Shown here: positions 1 to 13,075 of the stretch, one piece after another | Layout: each line of letters begins with the position of its first letter | Numbering within the stretch: the stretch's first letter is position 1 | NCBI GenBank assembly: GCA_012295275.1 | Contig: CM022671.1 | Coordinates: 806,001-870,000 of the forward strand | Reading direction: 5' to 3' | DNA length: 64,000 nt | Source: Chrysomallon squamiferum | Taxonomy: Eukaryota > Animalia > Mollusca | Program-made: the position numbers and the translations under genes | Notes under the pieces: generated by a model | Database searches by the model: none | What the model saw: the letters and a program-made list of their open reading frames with translations, nothing else | Told to the model about the DNA's origin: nothing

Positions 1-2
1 AT

Positions 3-107
3 GGTCTCAAGCTTGGTCTGTACGACCCATCAACTGTGCAGCTTGCAGACTCTTCTAAACCCAAGCAGGGAAACAGCTTCTTCAAGCCAAGGAATGGCTT
101 GTCCTGA
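3..107 (+). CDS. Probable terminal coding exon fragment of an unidentified upstream gene (GLKLGLYDPSTVQLADSSKPKQGNSFFKPRNGLS*), followed by a long AT-rich putative 3'UTR
   Basis: Frame 3 is open from the window start to TGA with coding-like composition. Several kb of UTR-like sequence follow, with AATAAA at ~4760 and ~5936-5953. Protein not recognised. Confidence 0.35.
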   Translation, partial: GLKLGLYDPSTVQLADSSKPKQGNSFFKPRNGLS

Positions 108-569
108 AACAGATGAATTCCATGGTGCTTGTGTCGTTGACTCCATAGTCCATTCAATGTGAAAGAAGATAACAGAATAAAGACAAAGAAATGGCTAATT
201 CCACAGCTTAACATTATTAATCATTTATCTTCTGATCATCATACCAAAGAATAATGATTTAAAGAATGCCCAGGAAATTTGGTTTTCAGGAATGATTAAT
301 AAAAGAATGCTTGCTATAGACTGACTGTCTCGAAAGATATTAAACAGTTACAATCATCACTAGAACATGTATATACCAGCATTTATTTTTTTATTTAAAT
401 AACCATTTCATTATTAAGAGATTTTGTATTATAATGTCAGACCTGTCTCTTAATGAAATAGCATTAACACTTTAAGTCTTAGAAATAAGAAATGTGCCTA
501 TTTAATTCTCTTGTCAAACATTCAGAAAGCTGTTGGTGAAGTGATACATGGTAGACAGATGTATTGTTA

Positions 570-1059
570 CAGCTTGGACCCATCTAATCTGGCAACACTG
601 GAACCAGACATCTTTTGCTGAACCTGTGAAGCTTAGGGTTAAAAAAAAAAAAAAAAATGAAACTGTACTTTATTACTGATATTGATTCAATTTACACAGG
701 CATAAACCTAGTACAGGCATAATGGACTTCTGTATAAATTAACATTCCTAGTTTTTTTCAGTATTTATCCCTTCTGTAACACTTATTTACATTTTGCTGT
801 GTTACCATCACTTGCTGGTTGCTTATGAAGCATATATAATGTGAAAATACCAGTAAAGAAAAGTAATATTTGTACCTCTGTAGCTGCATTAACCACTTCA
901 AGTCAACTGTTGCAGATATAAATAATCTGGGATCACAGCTGGACCAGGGGCAGTTCTGCAGATCAGTGATCACCAGATTCTAATCAGTGACCCAGACCAG
1001 TGAAACTCCCAGTCTAGTGATTGCCAGGTTAGTGACTGCCAGGATAGTGGTCCAAGCTG
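570..1059. mobile_element. Non-autonomous Tc1/mariner(pogo)-like MITE, ~490 bp
   Basis: Terminal inverted repeats acagcttggacc / ggtccaagctgt extend imperfectly to ~30 bp. Left end is TA|CAG, right flank TG. Degenerate subterminal agtga..ccag repeats at ~960-1045. Confidence 0.6.
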
Positions 1060-1356
1060 TGTTATGTTTGTTAAAGGTTTTGTTAAAGGTTTGCAATGGT
1101 ACAGAAATCCAATTTACCTCATTTTATTAATTTTGCTCACTTTTAATGGTGTATGATTTGAATTCCATATCATTGTTTTGTGTATTAATTTTGGGGTCTT
1201 ATTCAGTAGCAATAATAACTATGGTTTGAAAAAAAAAAAAAAAAAAAAGGATATTATACAACATTTGTTTGTAAATATGTGGTGTTTAGTAATCAGTATT
1301 ACTTTGTTACTAGGTATACTTTTTTTGTTTCTTCCTTTATATCTCTTCATAATGTG

Positions 1357-1432
1357 AGAGTGTGTGTGTGTGTGTGAGTGAGTGTGTGTGTGTGAGTGAG
1401 TGTGTGTGAGAGTGTGTGTGAGAGAGAGAGAG
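1357..1432. repeat. Compound (TG)n/(AG)n microsatellite
   Basis: Seen directly. Confidence 0.95.
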
Positions 1433-3540
1433 AGGGGAAAAAAAAGAGAGAGAAAGAATAGTAAGGAAACCATCGGAATCAAGCAGAGATTCACTGTGTG
1501 GTACTTGTGGCAATGAGATAAGCTGTGAAAAGTTAAACAGTGGTGACAAGGAACTGGGAAACATCATGAAAATTTCAGAGGCAATAAAATTGCTTTCTTC
1601 CTCTTCACAACTCATAATCCCACTTGGAATGGTTTGAATTTCATGTCATTGTGTATTAATTGTTGGGGTCTTATTTAGTAGCAGTAATCATCATAGTTGA
1701 AAACCAGGCCATTTACTTCAGTATTTGTGTATAACTCACTCAATCTCAGTTTTTGCAGCATATTTTTAGCATGGCAAGCACATTCACAATGTGGTTCTGG
1801 CCATATTAATAAAAACACTAACATTTTACATTATTACAGACACATACATTCGTTGTTTTGGGACTGATACTTCACTGATTGTGTGGCTTATAGTCCAGGA
1901 TGACAGTCATGGTACAGTTAACATTTTGAACATATAAAGGCTCCCTACTGTTAGAAGTTGTAATGACATATTGTGCTAAAAGTCCTTCAGCACTAAATAT
2001 GGCATGATAGAAAAGAACAGTAAAAAACATGTTGATACAAAGAAACTGTTTACAGAAAGGTATTTTGTTAGAGAATTAGCACACCACTGTTTGAACAACC
2101 TGATCCTGAAAGTGCAGAATGTTGGTGTAAACAGCTAAAAAACAAAGTTCATCATGTTTGAAAAATTTTAATTTTTGAAAAATTAATAGACTTTAAAAAG
2201 AAATATATATACACACAAACACACATTTTATAATTTGGTGTTCATTGACTAACTACATGCTTTTACTTAAAAAAATAATAATTAAAAAATAAATAAAATA
2301 ATTAATAAATAAATAATAATAAATAAATAAATATAAAATGTCCAACTGTCTAAATGATCTCTTTCAAGCATTTCTTTTCCCAATGGCTGCATCTACAACT
2401 GTGACCAATTATATACAACAATGTGCTCAAACTAATTTCCCACAATTTTCAGGATGGAGTTGTTGTATTAAAACTAAATATTTATGATTATTTTCCCACC
2501 ATCATCATCATCAGTTATAAGGTTAAATTCAATGATCTTGAAGCTGGAAGGTTCTTGGATCTAATCTATGTAGCAGTTCATTAAAGAGCCTGTAGTGAAG
2601 TATCAGACAACTATCAATGAGTCTCAGTACCAATACTCTAATGTACTAACTAGGGGCTGATCAGCAAGTTCAGAATAAACAAGCATGGTGTCACTGTCAC
2701 TGTTTATTTAAAATTCATTACTTTGATGATGAAAAAGAAAGAAAGAAAAAAATAATAATAATCATAATGATGTCTAGCAAAAACAAAATTAAACTTATGT
2801 TTCAGAAATTAAAATTTTTTTCTAAATGTTCATCCCTTTTCAAAAAATATTAAATTTAAAGTTTGTGCTCCTGCATCAAATTATTCATCATGACATTAAA
2901 TGTTTTCTCAAATATTTGTTAATCATAAATATTTAGTTTTAAAACAACAACTCCATCCAAACAGTATTAAATGGACTACATAGACATATGGTTTGTGTTT
3001 CTGAATTTAATAACAGATATATACTTCTGACATTTACCTCTTTTTTTTTTCAACCAAACCCAAACTGTGTGGAATATATTAAATACCACATAGCCTTGAT
3101 GTGTGTTTTTTGCATGAACAGTTTTCAGTGTTTACCAGCAGTGGTGTTAATTTATTATGTACAGCTGACCATCTGTTGCCAAGGTGTAATATTTATAAAT
3201 GTGATGGTAATGTATGTTACATGTAAAAAAAATAACAATTCATTAACAATGACTGATTTCATCAGATATTAATTTCATCCAGGGATATTTTGTTAATGAT
3301 GTATATTCAGTATTAAAGTTTAGAAAATTTTAAATATAAACTAATATTAAGTAGTAAAGAGGTAAAAATAAATAGTTGTCAGTTGAAATGTTAGTTTGAA
3401 TCAATGGAATATTTTCAAAATGTTCATTGCTGTTAATATTATGTAAAGTTTTTCTATAATTTATCCCTGATAGGTGTCTCTTATATAGTGAATTTATCTA
3501 CATCAGTTTTACATCATTATCATCAACATCATTGTTATTT

Positions 3541-3561
3541 TATTATTATTATTATTATTAT

Positions 3562-3611
<50 letters not shown>
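3541..3611. repeat. (TAT)n microsatellite
   Basis: Seen directly. Confidence 0.95.
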
Positions 3612-6600
3612 AATAAACAACTGTACACCTGAGTGGTTTACAAACACACAATGCTTGGTTAACTCGTATGAATACTGCATTACAGAATTACTAATGTTGT
3701 AAAAATAGATCAGTGATTTACACAACTTTTGTAACAATAATAATAATGTGAAATAAATTAGTAATCAATGGGAATCAATATTTTTAAACTTTATTAAAAT
3801 TAAGTATTTGAAATAAAAAAATTAAAAATTAAAAATAATGAAAAACCATTAATTAAGTGAAGAAATATTTTAGTTTTATTGTATGTTATTAAATCAAATA
3901 AATATTCCATTTAATTTAACCTGGAAGTTCATAAACCATTTTAAATAAAATATGATGCAGTGTAAAATATGAAAATTTATTTTACTAGGATATGAAATAA
4001 CTAGTAATAAGTATATCACTTGTTTTAAATGCTATAAAATATACAGTATGAATGTTTTTTATTAGTAGAATAGTTAATGACTGTTATTAAGTACCAGATA
4101 AATCATGTTATCAAATATATGGTAAATGAAAGCTAAATCTTTCTAGAAAATACAGCAACTATATTCCTGTGCTAAATAGAGTGAAGTACAAATCAACAGA
4201 TTAAAACATTTCTTTACTAGCATGTGCTGTAAATTTATTAATATTTATAATATATTTGAGCCAAAATAAAAACAAAACAAAAAAGTACTGTGTAATGTAC
4301 ATATAAAATCACTGTTCAAGAGTACAAGTGTGTGTGTGTGTGTGTGTGTATGCATGTGTGCATGTGTGTGTGTGTGAATATGAGGTGTGAATGCTATACT
4401 TTGCTATTATATCCAGTAAACGTATCTCATTCTGTATTACCATTATATGGAAAGTATATCATTTTTACAAATGTGCAAGGTTAAAATTGTATGTTTGAAT
4501 ATTAAACTTTATTAATGTGTGTAGCAAATATAACATTGTAAAATATACAAATAATTTATTAATATAGAGAGATAGTTTCTCTATTACTAGTCTAAGTATA
4601 TTTAGTAATGAATGGTGATCTGTACTCTGATGTATGTTAAATATCTAAGTGTTCTGATATTTTTGATTGTGTGTTTTAATTTGTTACAAGGTGCTCACTT
4701 ACTGAAAACTTTTTTTTTTTTAAAGAGTTCATGAATTATAGATGATTGGTGTATGCACAAATAAAAACAAAATATGTGTAAAAATTATTATCTGATATGT
4801 TCATTGTTGAAATATTTAAAACAAAAATTATTATTTTTTGATGAGTTAAATTCTGTGTACATATTGTTATAAAATACTGTTAAAAGTTGCAAGGTATTAA
4901 CGAAGGTGTCTGTTACAGAAATCAAAGCAATATGTGTGTCTGTTGTTTTTTGATGATTGACATGAAAGAAAAAATACAGGCTGAAAATGAAATAATCTGA
5001 TTAAAGTAAAGATTATCTTTTAAATCAGATGTAAAAAAATGTCATTATGTTTCAAATCCCACTTGCATTAATTATTTAAAATCTCAACTTAATTTAGTCC
5101 TTCACACAATTACAGGAATATTTTATTCTTGTTCAAAATTATTTTTAACAAAAGAAGTGTCTGCAGTAACAAAAATATAGAAAAAATTCACTTTTAAGTT
5201 AAAGAATCTATAACTCATTAAGCCATTATTTCCTAATTTTAATATCCTAAAATGAAATTCTTAGTTGGTAGAAATCACATTTAGAAAAGAAAAAAAAAAT
5301 CACCAGTTTAATAGAAACCAGAATTTTTAAATCAGTATTACTAAAAACAAAATTGTTTTTCTGCAAAAAATAAAATTAAACTAAAATTAAAAATAAATGA
5401 AATTTCTAATTTTTTTTTTAGATATATCTAAACTGAATATAAAATTGTATAAAATTGTACAAAACATAATATATACACTGATAAAAATATTGGTGATAAT
5501 GAAGTAATTACCATATTACTGATTTTGTGTTAAATCACATCCCAATACATATATTACTCATGTGTAAAATGTTATATCATGATCATAGCAAACCATTAAA
5601 TCATTACTATTAAACAATAAAATTAGCTCAAGATTTTCAAGGAATGATTTATAAACACATGAGATAAAAACTGGTTTAAATGGTTTCAGCAGGCTGGCCA
5701 TTTCATAATTTTAATGTTTTATTCAAAAACAAGTAAAAATTAGGAACACAGAAGTAATTAAAATAACCTAATTCATAAGAAAATAAAAAGTTAGGCCACA
5801 AAAATCACTTGACAATTTAAATTATTATCATTATTTTCTTCTTTTTTTCCCAATAATTATATAATACTGTAGGGCTAGTCTGGTTAATTCTGTATGGAAC
5901 TACATTTAATGTGAATGGTGTAGAATTTGTTTTATAATAAAATGTATAATAAAGACATTAGTTTTGTTTTCATTTTCTTGTATTACACAGAGAAAAATAT
6001 TTAACATGTTAACTTACTGGTTTAAAATGTGTTCCAATACTTCCAACATACTTTAACCACTCTCTCCCTGGCAAACAAGTTTGTATGTGCAGCTCAGCAC
6101 AAAGAATTGCTTCAATAAATAACGAGTTTAAAAGAACTCTATTTTTTTTTTTTTAGGAAGAAACAATCTAATACATTAAATATTCTTTTATAATTACTAT
6201 TTAATTAAACATGAATGCTTGAAGTACAAATCTCAAAATTAATCTAAATTTTAATTGATTCTTGTTGAGTTACAAACGTGATAAATGTACTTATGAAATA
6301 AGTCTATCAGGATTTCATTATCTAAAACAGGTTTTTTTCTAAATACATTTGTAAGAACATGATCGTTCAGTATTCCAAATAAAAATGCTTTAAGGAATGT
6401 TTCTAAAATACTAAAACAATTCATGAACATTTGTTTAACAACAGTTGAAAACATTTTCATCTGAGTGGTTACTTGTCAAACACAGTGTTTTATAACAGTT
6501 CAAGTGACAAACCTGCTGTCAGACTTCTTTAGACATTCTCACTGGTGTTTCATTTATAGTTTTCCACTATCAGCAGCCTTTTAATACCAGAGGCACTTCT

Positions 6601-6950
6601 GAATGGGAAGCAGAAGACTGATATCAGTTCAAATCAAGAATCAAGCACTGTTCTAGATCTGAATGTCAGTCTATGTCACTAAATAGTGTGGGCATTTGTA
6701 TGAAAAAAAGAAAAAAACCCACAGTGAACAGAATCTGTGTTATGGTTATTTCTGTTGCTATAACAACAGTTAATAACAAATTCTACATCTGATGACTAGC
6801 ACAGCTTGTACAGGATTATTCAGGCTGTTCATGTAAAAGGATGAACTGACAACTCAATCCAGTTATTTGAGGAAGGGATTCACCATGCATGCCTCTTCTC
6901 GATAACTTCATACGTTTTTATATAAAAAAAGCACAACAAATCTTTGTGAC

Positions 6951-9900
6951 TCAGTCTGCCAAGTCGATTTGCTCAAAGTAACGTGACACCAAGGTTATTA
7001 TTAGATTCAGTTCAGGGACTCTGGGGTCAGTGGCATCCATCTGAAATAATAACAAAATAATAAAAAGATAATAACAAAATAGTAACAAAATAATAACGAG
7101 ATAATAACAAAATAATAACAAAATAATATTAACAAAATAATAACAAAATAATAACAAAATATTAACAAGATAATAACAAAATAATAACAAGCTAATAACA
7201 AAATAATAACAAAATAGTAACAGGACTATAAAGATGAAGAAGAACAACATGATAATAGAAACAATACTAGCTCAGAAATAATAAAGATAATAAGAGTTTA
7301 AAAATAAAAATATAGTCTATATGAATCAACTGTCATCCTTTTTTGTCCTTTTTTTAAAAACAAATAGTATGTGTATGTAAGTATTTGTACAAGAAAGTTA
7401 ATATCAATCTATATACCACTGAGCTTTCATAATAAAAAAATTAACAGAAACTTTAATTAACAATGCAATCAGCTTACTATTGATGCCCTTAGATTAGAAA
7501 CCAGTCTTGCCAGAGTTCTCAGTAATGCACAGGCTTCGGGTAATAATGGTTTCTGTAAACTAGCTAACAAAGCATAAAACCAGCGACCCTGAAATTGTAA
7601 ATATATATATTGTTGATTTAAGTTATAAAAACTGGCCTTCAGTTATTTTCATTTCATTTTCTGTATGTGGTACATGAATGGAAAGAACATGGAGTGAACA
7701 AACTGACAGAAACATTCTACTCATCTCGAGAAGAATTTATGATGACAAAGTGGAAGGAATAAAGAACAAAGAGTAATTTGAAAATTAAGAATAATATGAT
7801 TCATACCAAGAATCACAGACTGGAGCAAAGATGTAGTAAAAGATAAAAAAAAATAAAGTCATAAAGATGGAAACATAGTTTTGCTTTTAGCTGCAGGATG
7901 GAAAGATTCAGTTTAACACAAATCAGCTAGTGATGTTTTATTATGTAACAGACAAACCTGGTCTGTTGTGAAGCCTGTAGCCTCCAGCCAGTTCACATGA
8001 TATTCTAAAACCTTCACCACAGTGTACTGAAAGTAATACACAAACTCAACATGATATTCTAAAACCTTCACCACAGTGTACTGAAAGTAATACACAAACT
8101 CACACATTAAACTCAGTGCATTTGAGTAAGTAACTGATAAATACAACAACCACTCTAAACACTTTAATAGAAAAAGTCAAATATTGTTTTGTTTTTTTGT
8201 CTATAAAAGTTATGGAAACCTGTCACTAAGAGACTAAAGACAGAGGACCTGAAAACAGCTATACAGATGTAAAAGAACTAAAACGTATTTAATTTAATAA
8301 TACTTTCCTAGCTTTACAAAGCATTTACAAAATATCAACAAATGTTTTTTTTGGTGGGTTTTTTTAAATTTATTTATAAAATAAAATGTAAGACAAGGTA
8401 AGAGTTAATATAAAATTCACTGTAAAAAGGTTTAGAGTTCTCATACCTGATCCATTGCTAGGACAATACTAAGAAGAGGGGGGGTTCCAGTGAAGGTGGG
8501 AGTGGAAACTTGTGCTTCTTGCATCTCTGAACTGTTATTCTCTTCCACCATTGGCTCAACAGAGTTTGTTGCTGGCACCTGGTGACCTAAAGGATTAATT
8601 CTGATTGGTCCAAAACACAGTCGACACCAGGCATTCACGTCATTAGGACCAGGCTAAGGAGATAAAAAATATCATTATCAGTATCATTATTATTGATTTA
8701 AAAGTTTATTTGAAAATTTAATATTAAGCTGCTATCAAGTGAAAATAATAATTAATTTTAAATGCAGTTTAAACAGAAAAAATACATTTTTAGGAAATTC
8801 TTGTTATTATTACAATAAAAACAGAAGTCATAAACTATTTTCAGTATAACTTTTTGAATTAATCACAACTTGTAAACAGACTGTAACAAGCAAACATACC
8901 AGGCTTTGTTTTTTCAACTTCACTTCTCCTTTTCGAACCTTAGCTTTGAATCTAGCTAATTTCTAATATCAAAAATCAAAATTAAAAAAATAATTATAAT
9001 AACATTTAGAATATTTAATCATCTAAACTTTCACATTTTTGTATTGCTTGTATTAATAGAAGTTATTAAGCTCAGAATGTTTAAACAGTTTTACTGTTTC
9101 TAAACAAATGGGAATTATTTTCAAGTGATTTTTATTATGAGTTTATTTTACTAGACAGATAAGTTGTTTTATTATTGGTAATTATTTCTAAAATAGATTA
9201 TAATAAAAAAGATTATTCATGTCAATATGAATTTTAAGTAAAGTATAATGTAGTAAAAAATAAAATAGGAAAATATTACGTGGAGTTTCTACAGACTAAT
9301 TAGTAAAACATTTTAAATCAATTTTTAAAAGGTTTTCAATTATTTTTTCATCCCTGTATGTTACAACACCAATTCCAGAGACCTGAAGTGATGAATTGAA
9401 AAAAACGATCAGTTGTTTACACTGATGAAGTGTTTTCTGAAACCATGTAACGACTGACATTAAACACACAGACCTGTCTCTGATGTGCAAATTCTGTAAT
9501 CTGCATTTTAATCCACTCTGGAGTTGGTGCAATGCCCCGAGGTGCAGGAAGACACCCAGATGGCTGCAAGATAACAGCATTTATTAAACAATAATATTTC
9601 CTGCATTTTCTGAAAAATAATACATTTATTTATTTATTTTTGTTCTGTGACAAAGAATAAAATCTGAATGCAACACAACCCAATTTCTTCACTGTAAAAA
9701 CAAAAGGGGCAAAAGAGATAATGTGAATTACTATTTATTTTTTTTAAAGTAAAATATGATAAAAACAAATAATAATAAAAGAGTAAAAATAAAAAAGTAC
9801 TGCTTGTACTGGCGATTAAAAATAATTATGAAAGAGTTACAGAAATTTTTTATTTTATCTAGTTAATACCTAATAACAAAAACAAACACTGAATGTTTGA

Positions 9901-10609
9901 TAAAATACTTTGTTTAAATAGTCCCATTAAGTAAAAACAACAACATGCAAATAGCAAGAAAATTAAAAATCAATTAACACTACTACATCAAAGATACATT
10001 TTAAGCTGATATTATTAACTGATAATTTTTGCTATTCATATATTGTTGTCAATCTTTACTTCCTGATATTTCACTGTCTGTCTGTCACTAAAGGCAGAAG
10101 TGTCAATGTCAGCGACCACAACTTTTGGACATTCTTTGGCTTCCTGCCTAAAAGCAATAAAAATAGTGTCACTTAATTCTTGAACAAATCCAAATTATAA
10201 CACATCTAACAATTAAATATACTTGTTTTCTTCATGTTATAAAACTACAAGCTGTAATAGTAACAGCAGCTGCTGTGGTAGAACAATAGTAATGGTAGGA
10301 CTGGGGAAAGTGGTAACAGTTGTGGTTATGGTAAAGGTGGTAGCAGTAATAGCAGCAGCAATGATAGTATAAAAATAATAAGACGAATGATGACAAGAAA
10401 AAAACAATCATCACATTTCAGTATTATTGTAGTTTCCTTTCTCCTTGGACACTATTTGTGAGAACAACTAGTTTTATTTACCTCACTCTTTTTAAGTATT
10501 CATTTCCAGTAGTAGGTGGGACATTTAAGTCAAAATTATCATCATCATTTTCATCAACAAGTAAAGCTTGACAAGGAAGACCTTCGTCGAAGTCATCTGA
10601 ATCAGCCAT
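6951..10609 (-). CDS. GEMIN2: Gem-associated protein 2 (Gemin2/SIP1, SMN complex), 8 coding exons
   Basis: Exons 10609-10482, 10147-10060, 9563-9474, 8962-8900, 8653-8447, 8026-7958, 7588-7478, 7040-6951 join in frame through GT-AG introns. Motifs: [81 protein letters not shown]. Confidence 0.95.
7044..7222. repeat. 11-bp minisatellite (ataataacaaa)n abutting the last GEMIN2 acceptor
   Basis: Degenerate tandem units start immediately at the acceptor (ctg 7041-7043 on + strand). They produce the spurious LLLFCYY ORFs. Confidence 0.9.
7995..8102. repeat. Perfect 54-bp tandem duplication spanning a GEMIN2 acceptor and exon start
   Basis: acatgatattctaaaaccttcaccacagtgtactgaaagtaatacacaaactca occurs twice (7995, 8049). 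Confidence 0.95.
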
Positions 10610-11252
10610 TGATACTGTGTGGTGAACTCAAACTGAACTCAGCTGCAACTTAATAGCATCTTACTGGTTTGTACTGGAAGAAAGAAACAACTGTTTTATT
10701 TAGCTTTTAAAAACATATGTTTTCTTTGTTTACACTGAACTTATTGTTGTTATTATTTTTCATAAATTACACATATCTGACATGGATGTAAGTCAAAATT
10801 TATTTCTCTCTTGTTAAATGCATAAATGTTGATTGAAAGCAGTAATTCAAACTTTATATAAAACAGAAATTAACAAGGATATATTTTAATAATTAAAACC
10901 TAAACATCTTCCCAGTCTAATAATTATTTATTTAAAAATTCAATTTATTTGTTACATACACAGATGCAATATCATGAATAATGAGTGTATTATTTGTCAC
11001 AGATTAGTAATAAAGGGTGGTTCTCAAAAAGTTAGTAAAAACATACACACAAAATTCATATTTTAGCTGTATTTAAAACTTTAAAATGCATTAACATACA
11101 TGTGATTCTGGGTTTTCCACAAACAACAAGTGTAGTCTCTTCTGAAATTTGGACATTATGTCACACTGAAAGCCTTTCTGGAAAAATAAAGTGCAAAAAG
11201 AACTAACATTAACTTACAAAGAAATGGTGTTTGTTAAACTTTATTTTTGTTA

Positions 11253-11627
11253 TAGGTACTGAACCATTTATCCAGAAGCACAGGACTGAATCTTAACTTA
11301 AAATATAAATAAGCTACGAAAAACTAAGAATAAAACAATATTGAACAGACACATATTTATATATCTCTAAAGCTGGGTTTGTTTATTCTTTGTTAATTCA
11401 CTTAAGATTCACAAAATATGTGCATACAATAGGCTTTACACTAGTAAGTTGTATTTCAGCCATTTTATAAAATGATATCAAACTCAAAAATATATCGTGA
11501 TTGGAACACTTGTACACAGCAACATTCATGTTAACTGGCACTGTGGAATATAAAATAAAGCATGGCTAACTGAAAAATAGCTGGTTTTCTGTATTTCTGG
11601 AAAGTGGGTAAAATGGTTCAGTATCTG
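11253..11627. mobile_element. Tc1/mariner(pogo)-like MITE, ~375 bp, upstream of the GEMIN2 coding exons
   Basis: Inverted ends ta-taggtactgaaccattt and aaatggttcagtatctg-ta, TA on both flanks, plus further subterminal match (tccagaagcacag vs ctgtatttctgga). Confidence 0.6.
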
Positions 11628-12574
11628 TATATTAAAGTTTAATTATGATGGTAACATTCCAAATAGATTGTATTTCTGTAGTGAAAGTATAGACATCAGT
11701 GTCTCCAGAAATATGTATGGGGTTAGGGAAAAATAGGCTGGAAACAGCACAAAGTTTTACGATAATAAATAAACAATATGCATGATCAAACCTATGCCAT
11801 CAATACATAAATATAATATCAGTGAGAAATGTAACGCTAATACACACAATGACTGAAATATAAATACATACACTTGCCATTTATGGATATAACAATAGTC
11901 AACTTCGGTAAACTGTTTTTACTCTGTATCAAAGTATTCTGCTTGACATGGCTTATACGGTGTAATTTTAAAACATTTTCTACTGCAAAATTATTATCAT
12001 TTGTGGATACGTTCACATTAAATTTCTGTGTAAGATAACATCGCCTGAGAAATATACCTGTAAGAACACAGAAATGCAGCAAAACTGCGATTTCACATTG
12101 TGGCCTGTTTTTGCTCTGTGCTTTTACAGTTCGAAATGGAACAGAAAGATAGAAACTCAATCAGACACGAGATTTCTAATCAAGGAAAACACGTCCCAAC
12201 TTCTGGTCAGGGCAAAAAGACAAAACCCAATCTTTCTATTATTAATATTGTTGTTTTTGCTATTGTTGTGTTGTACTATTATTATTTGGACTATTTGTAA
12301 TTCTACAAATCTTTTAATTTAGTTTTATTACCTTGGATATACTGATTTATTTTTGTATTTAATTTTATGCTAATGTTAATATTTTTAAAAATTTCATTTG
12401 ACTTCATTTTATTTAATTTAATTTTGTTTTGTTTCCTTTTGCTTTTTAATTGATTAATTAATTAATTAATTAATTAATATTTTCTTTATTATTATTGTTA
12501 TTTTAGCCTTTTATTCTTTTGGAATTTATTTCCTGCATTAAATTTTTCTTAATTGTTTAAATGTTTATCTGTAC

Positions 12575-12890
12575 CTTTAGACTATAGGGAACAGTGCCCC
12601 AGAACTCATTTTTCAAGAACGAGTTCCGTATTATCCCCACTCTTCAAGAGGGGGTATCATCACTCACTGTCGCTGCATTCAAGGTACAGAGCAGCCTTTC
12701 GATGAGCAGAGGGGAAACGGTAAGGAATTTGAGTATCCCGTCCAAATATTTAAAAAAAAAACATTGGAGTCTGGAGGGTAAAGGAAATCCCCATCTCAGT
12801 TTCTGGAAATAGACGTAGCTTATATATTCTACGAAGGCGGACGTTAACGAAAGCATCCTTTTCTTTGCCGTTTCAAATGACACCGCCAAG
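12575..12890 (-). ncRNA. Candidate structured RNA / non-coding first exon (possibly GEMIN2 5' leader)
   Basis: GC-richer island with many hairpins, ending at a - strand donor AAAG|GTACAG (12575/12574). ETS-like acttccg lies just upstream (~12915). No recognisable protein. Confidence 0.45.
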
Positions 12891-13040
12891 ATGTTGTGTT
12901 TTTATCATCCAAATACTTCCGTTTTAAAATTTACTGCTGTGATTTTACTCTGTAAATATACACATTAATATTTTTCATATTTTTTTGTATTTTATATATC
13001 TTTTCTTATCAACATAAGGTATAAAATAGTTTTGAACAGA

Positions 13041-13075
<35 letters not shown>

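Noticed and set aside
6951-7250. Hydrophobic LLLFCYY-repeat ORFs
   Set aside because: Translation of an intronic minisatellite; only the last 30 codons are a GEMIN2 exon
11719-11728. CCCUAACCC telomerase-template-like 9-mer on the - strand
   Set aside because: Short, expected by chance, and no pseudoknot or CR4/5 context visible
12580-12745. Resemblance to U8 snoRNA (UCCUUACC, GUGAUGA) or RNase MRP (gggaacagtgcccc)
   Set aside because: No canonical box D at the expected position, spacing differs, and no matching CR-I/CR-V pair
12594-12889. 72-aa (+) and 81-aa (-) ORFs over the island
   Set aside because: Non-ATG starts and no recognisable motifs; structure explains the composition better
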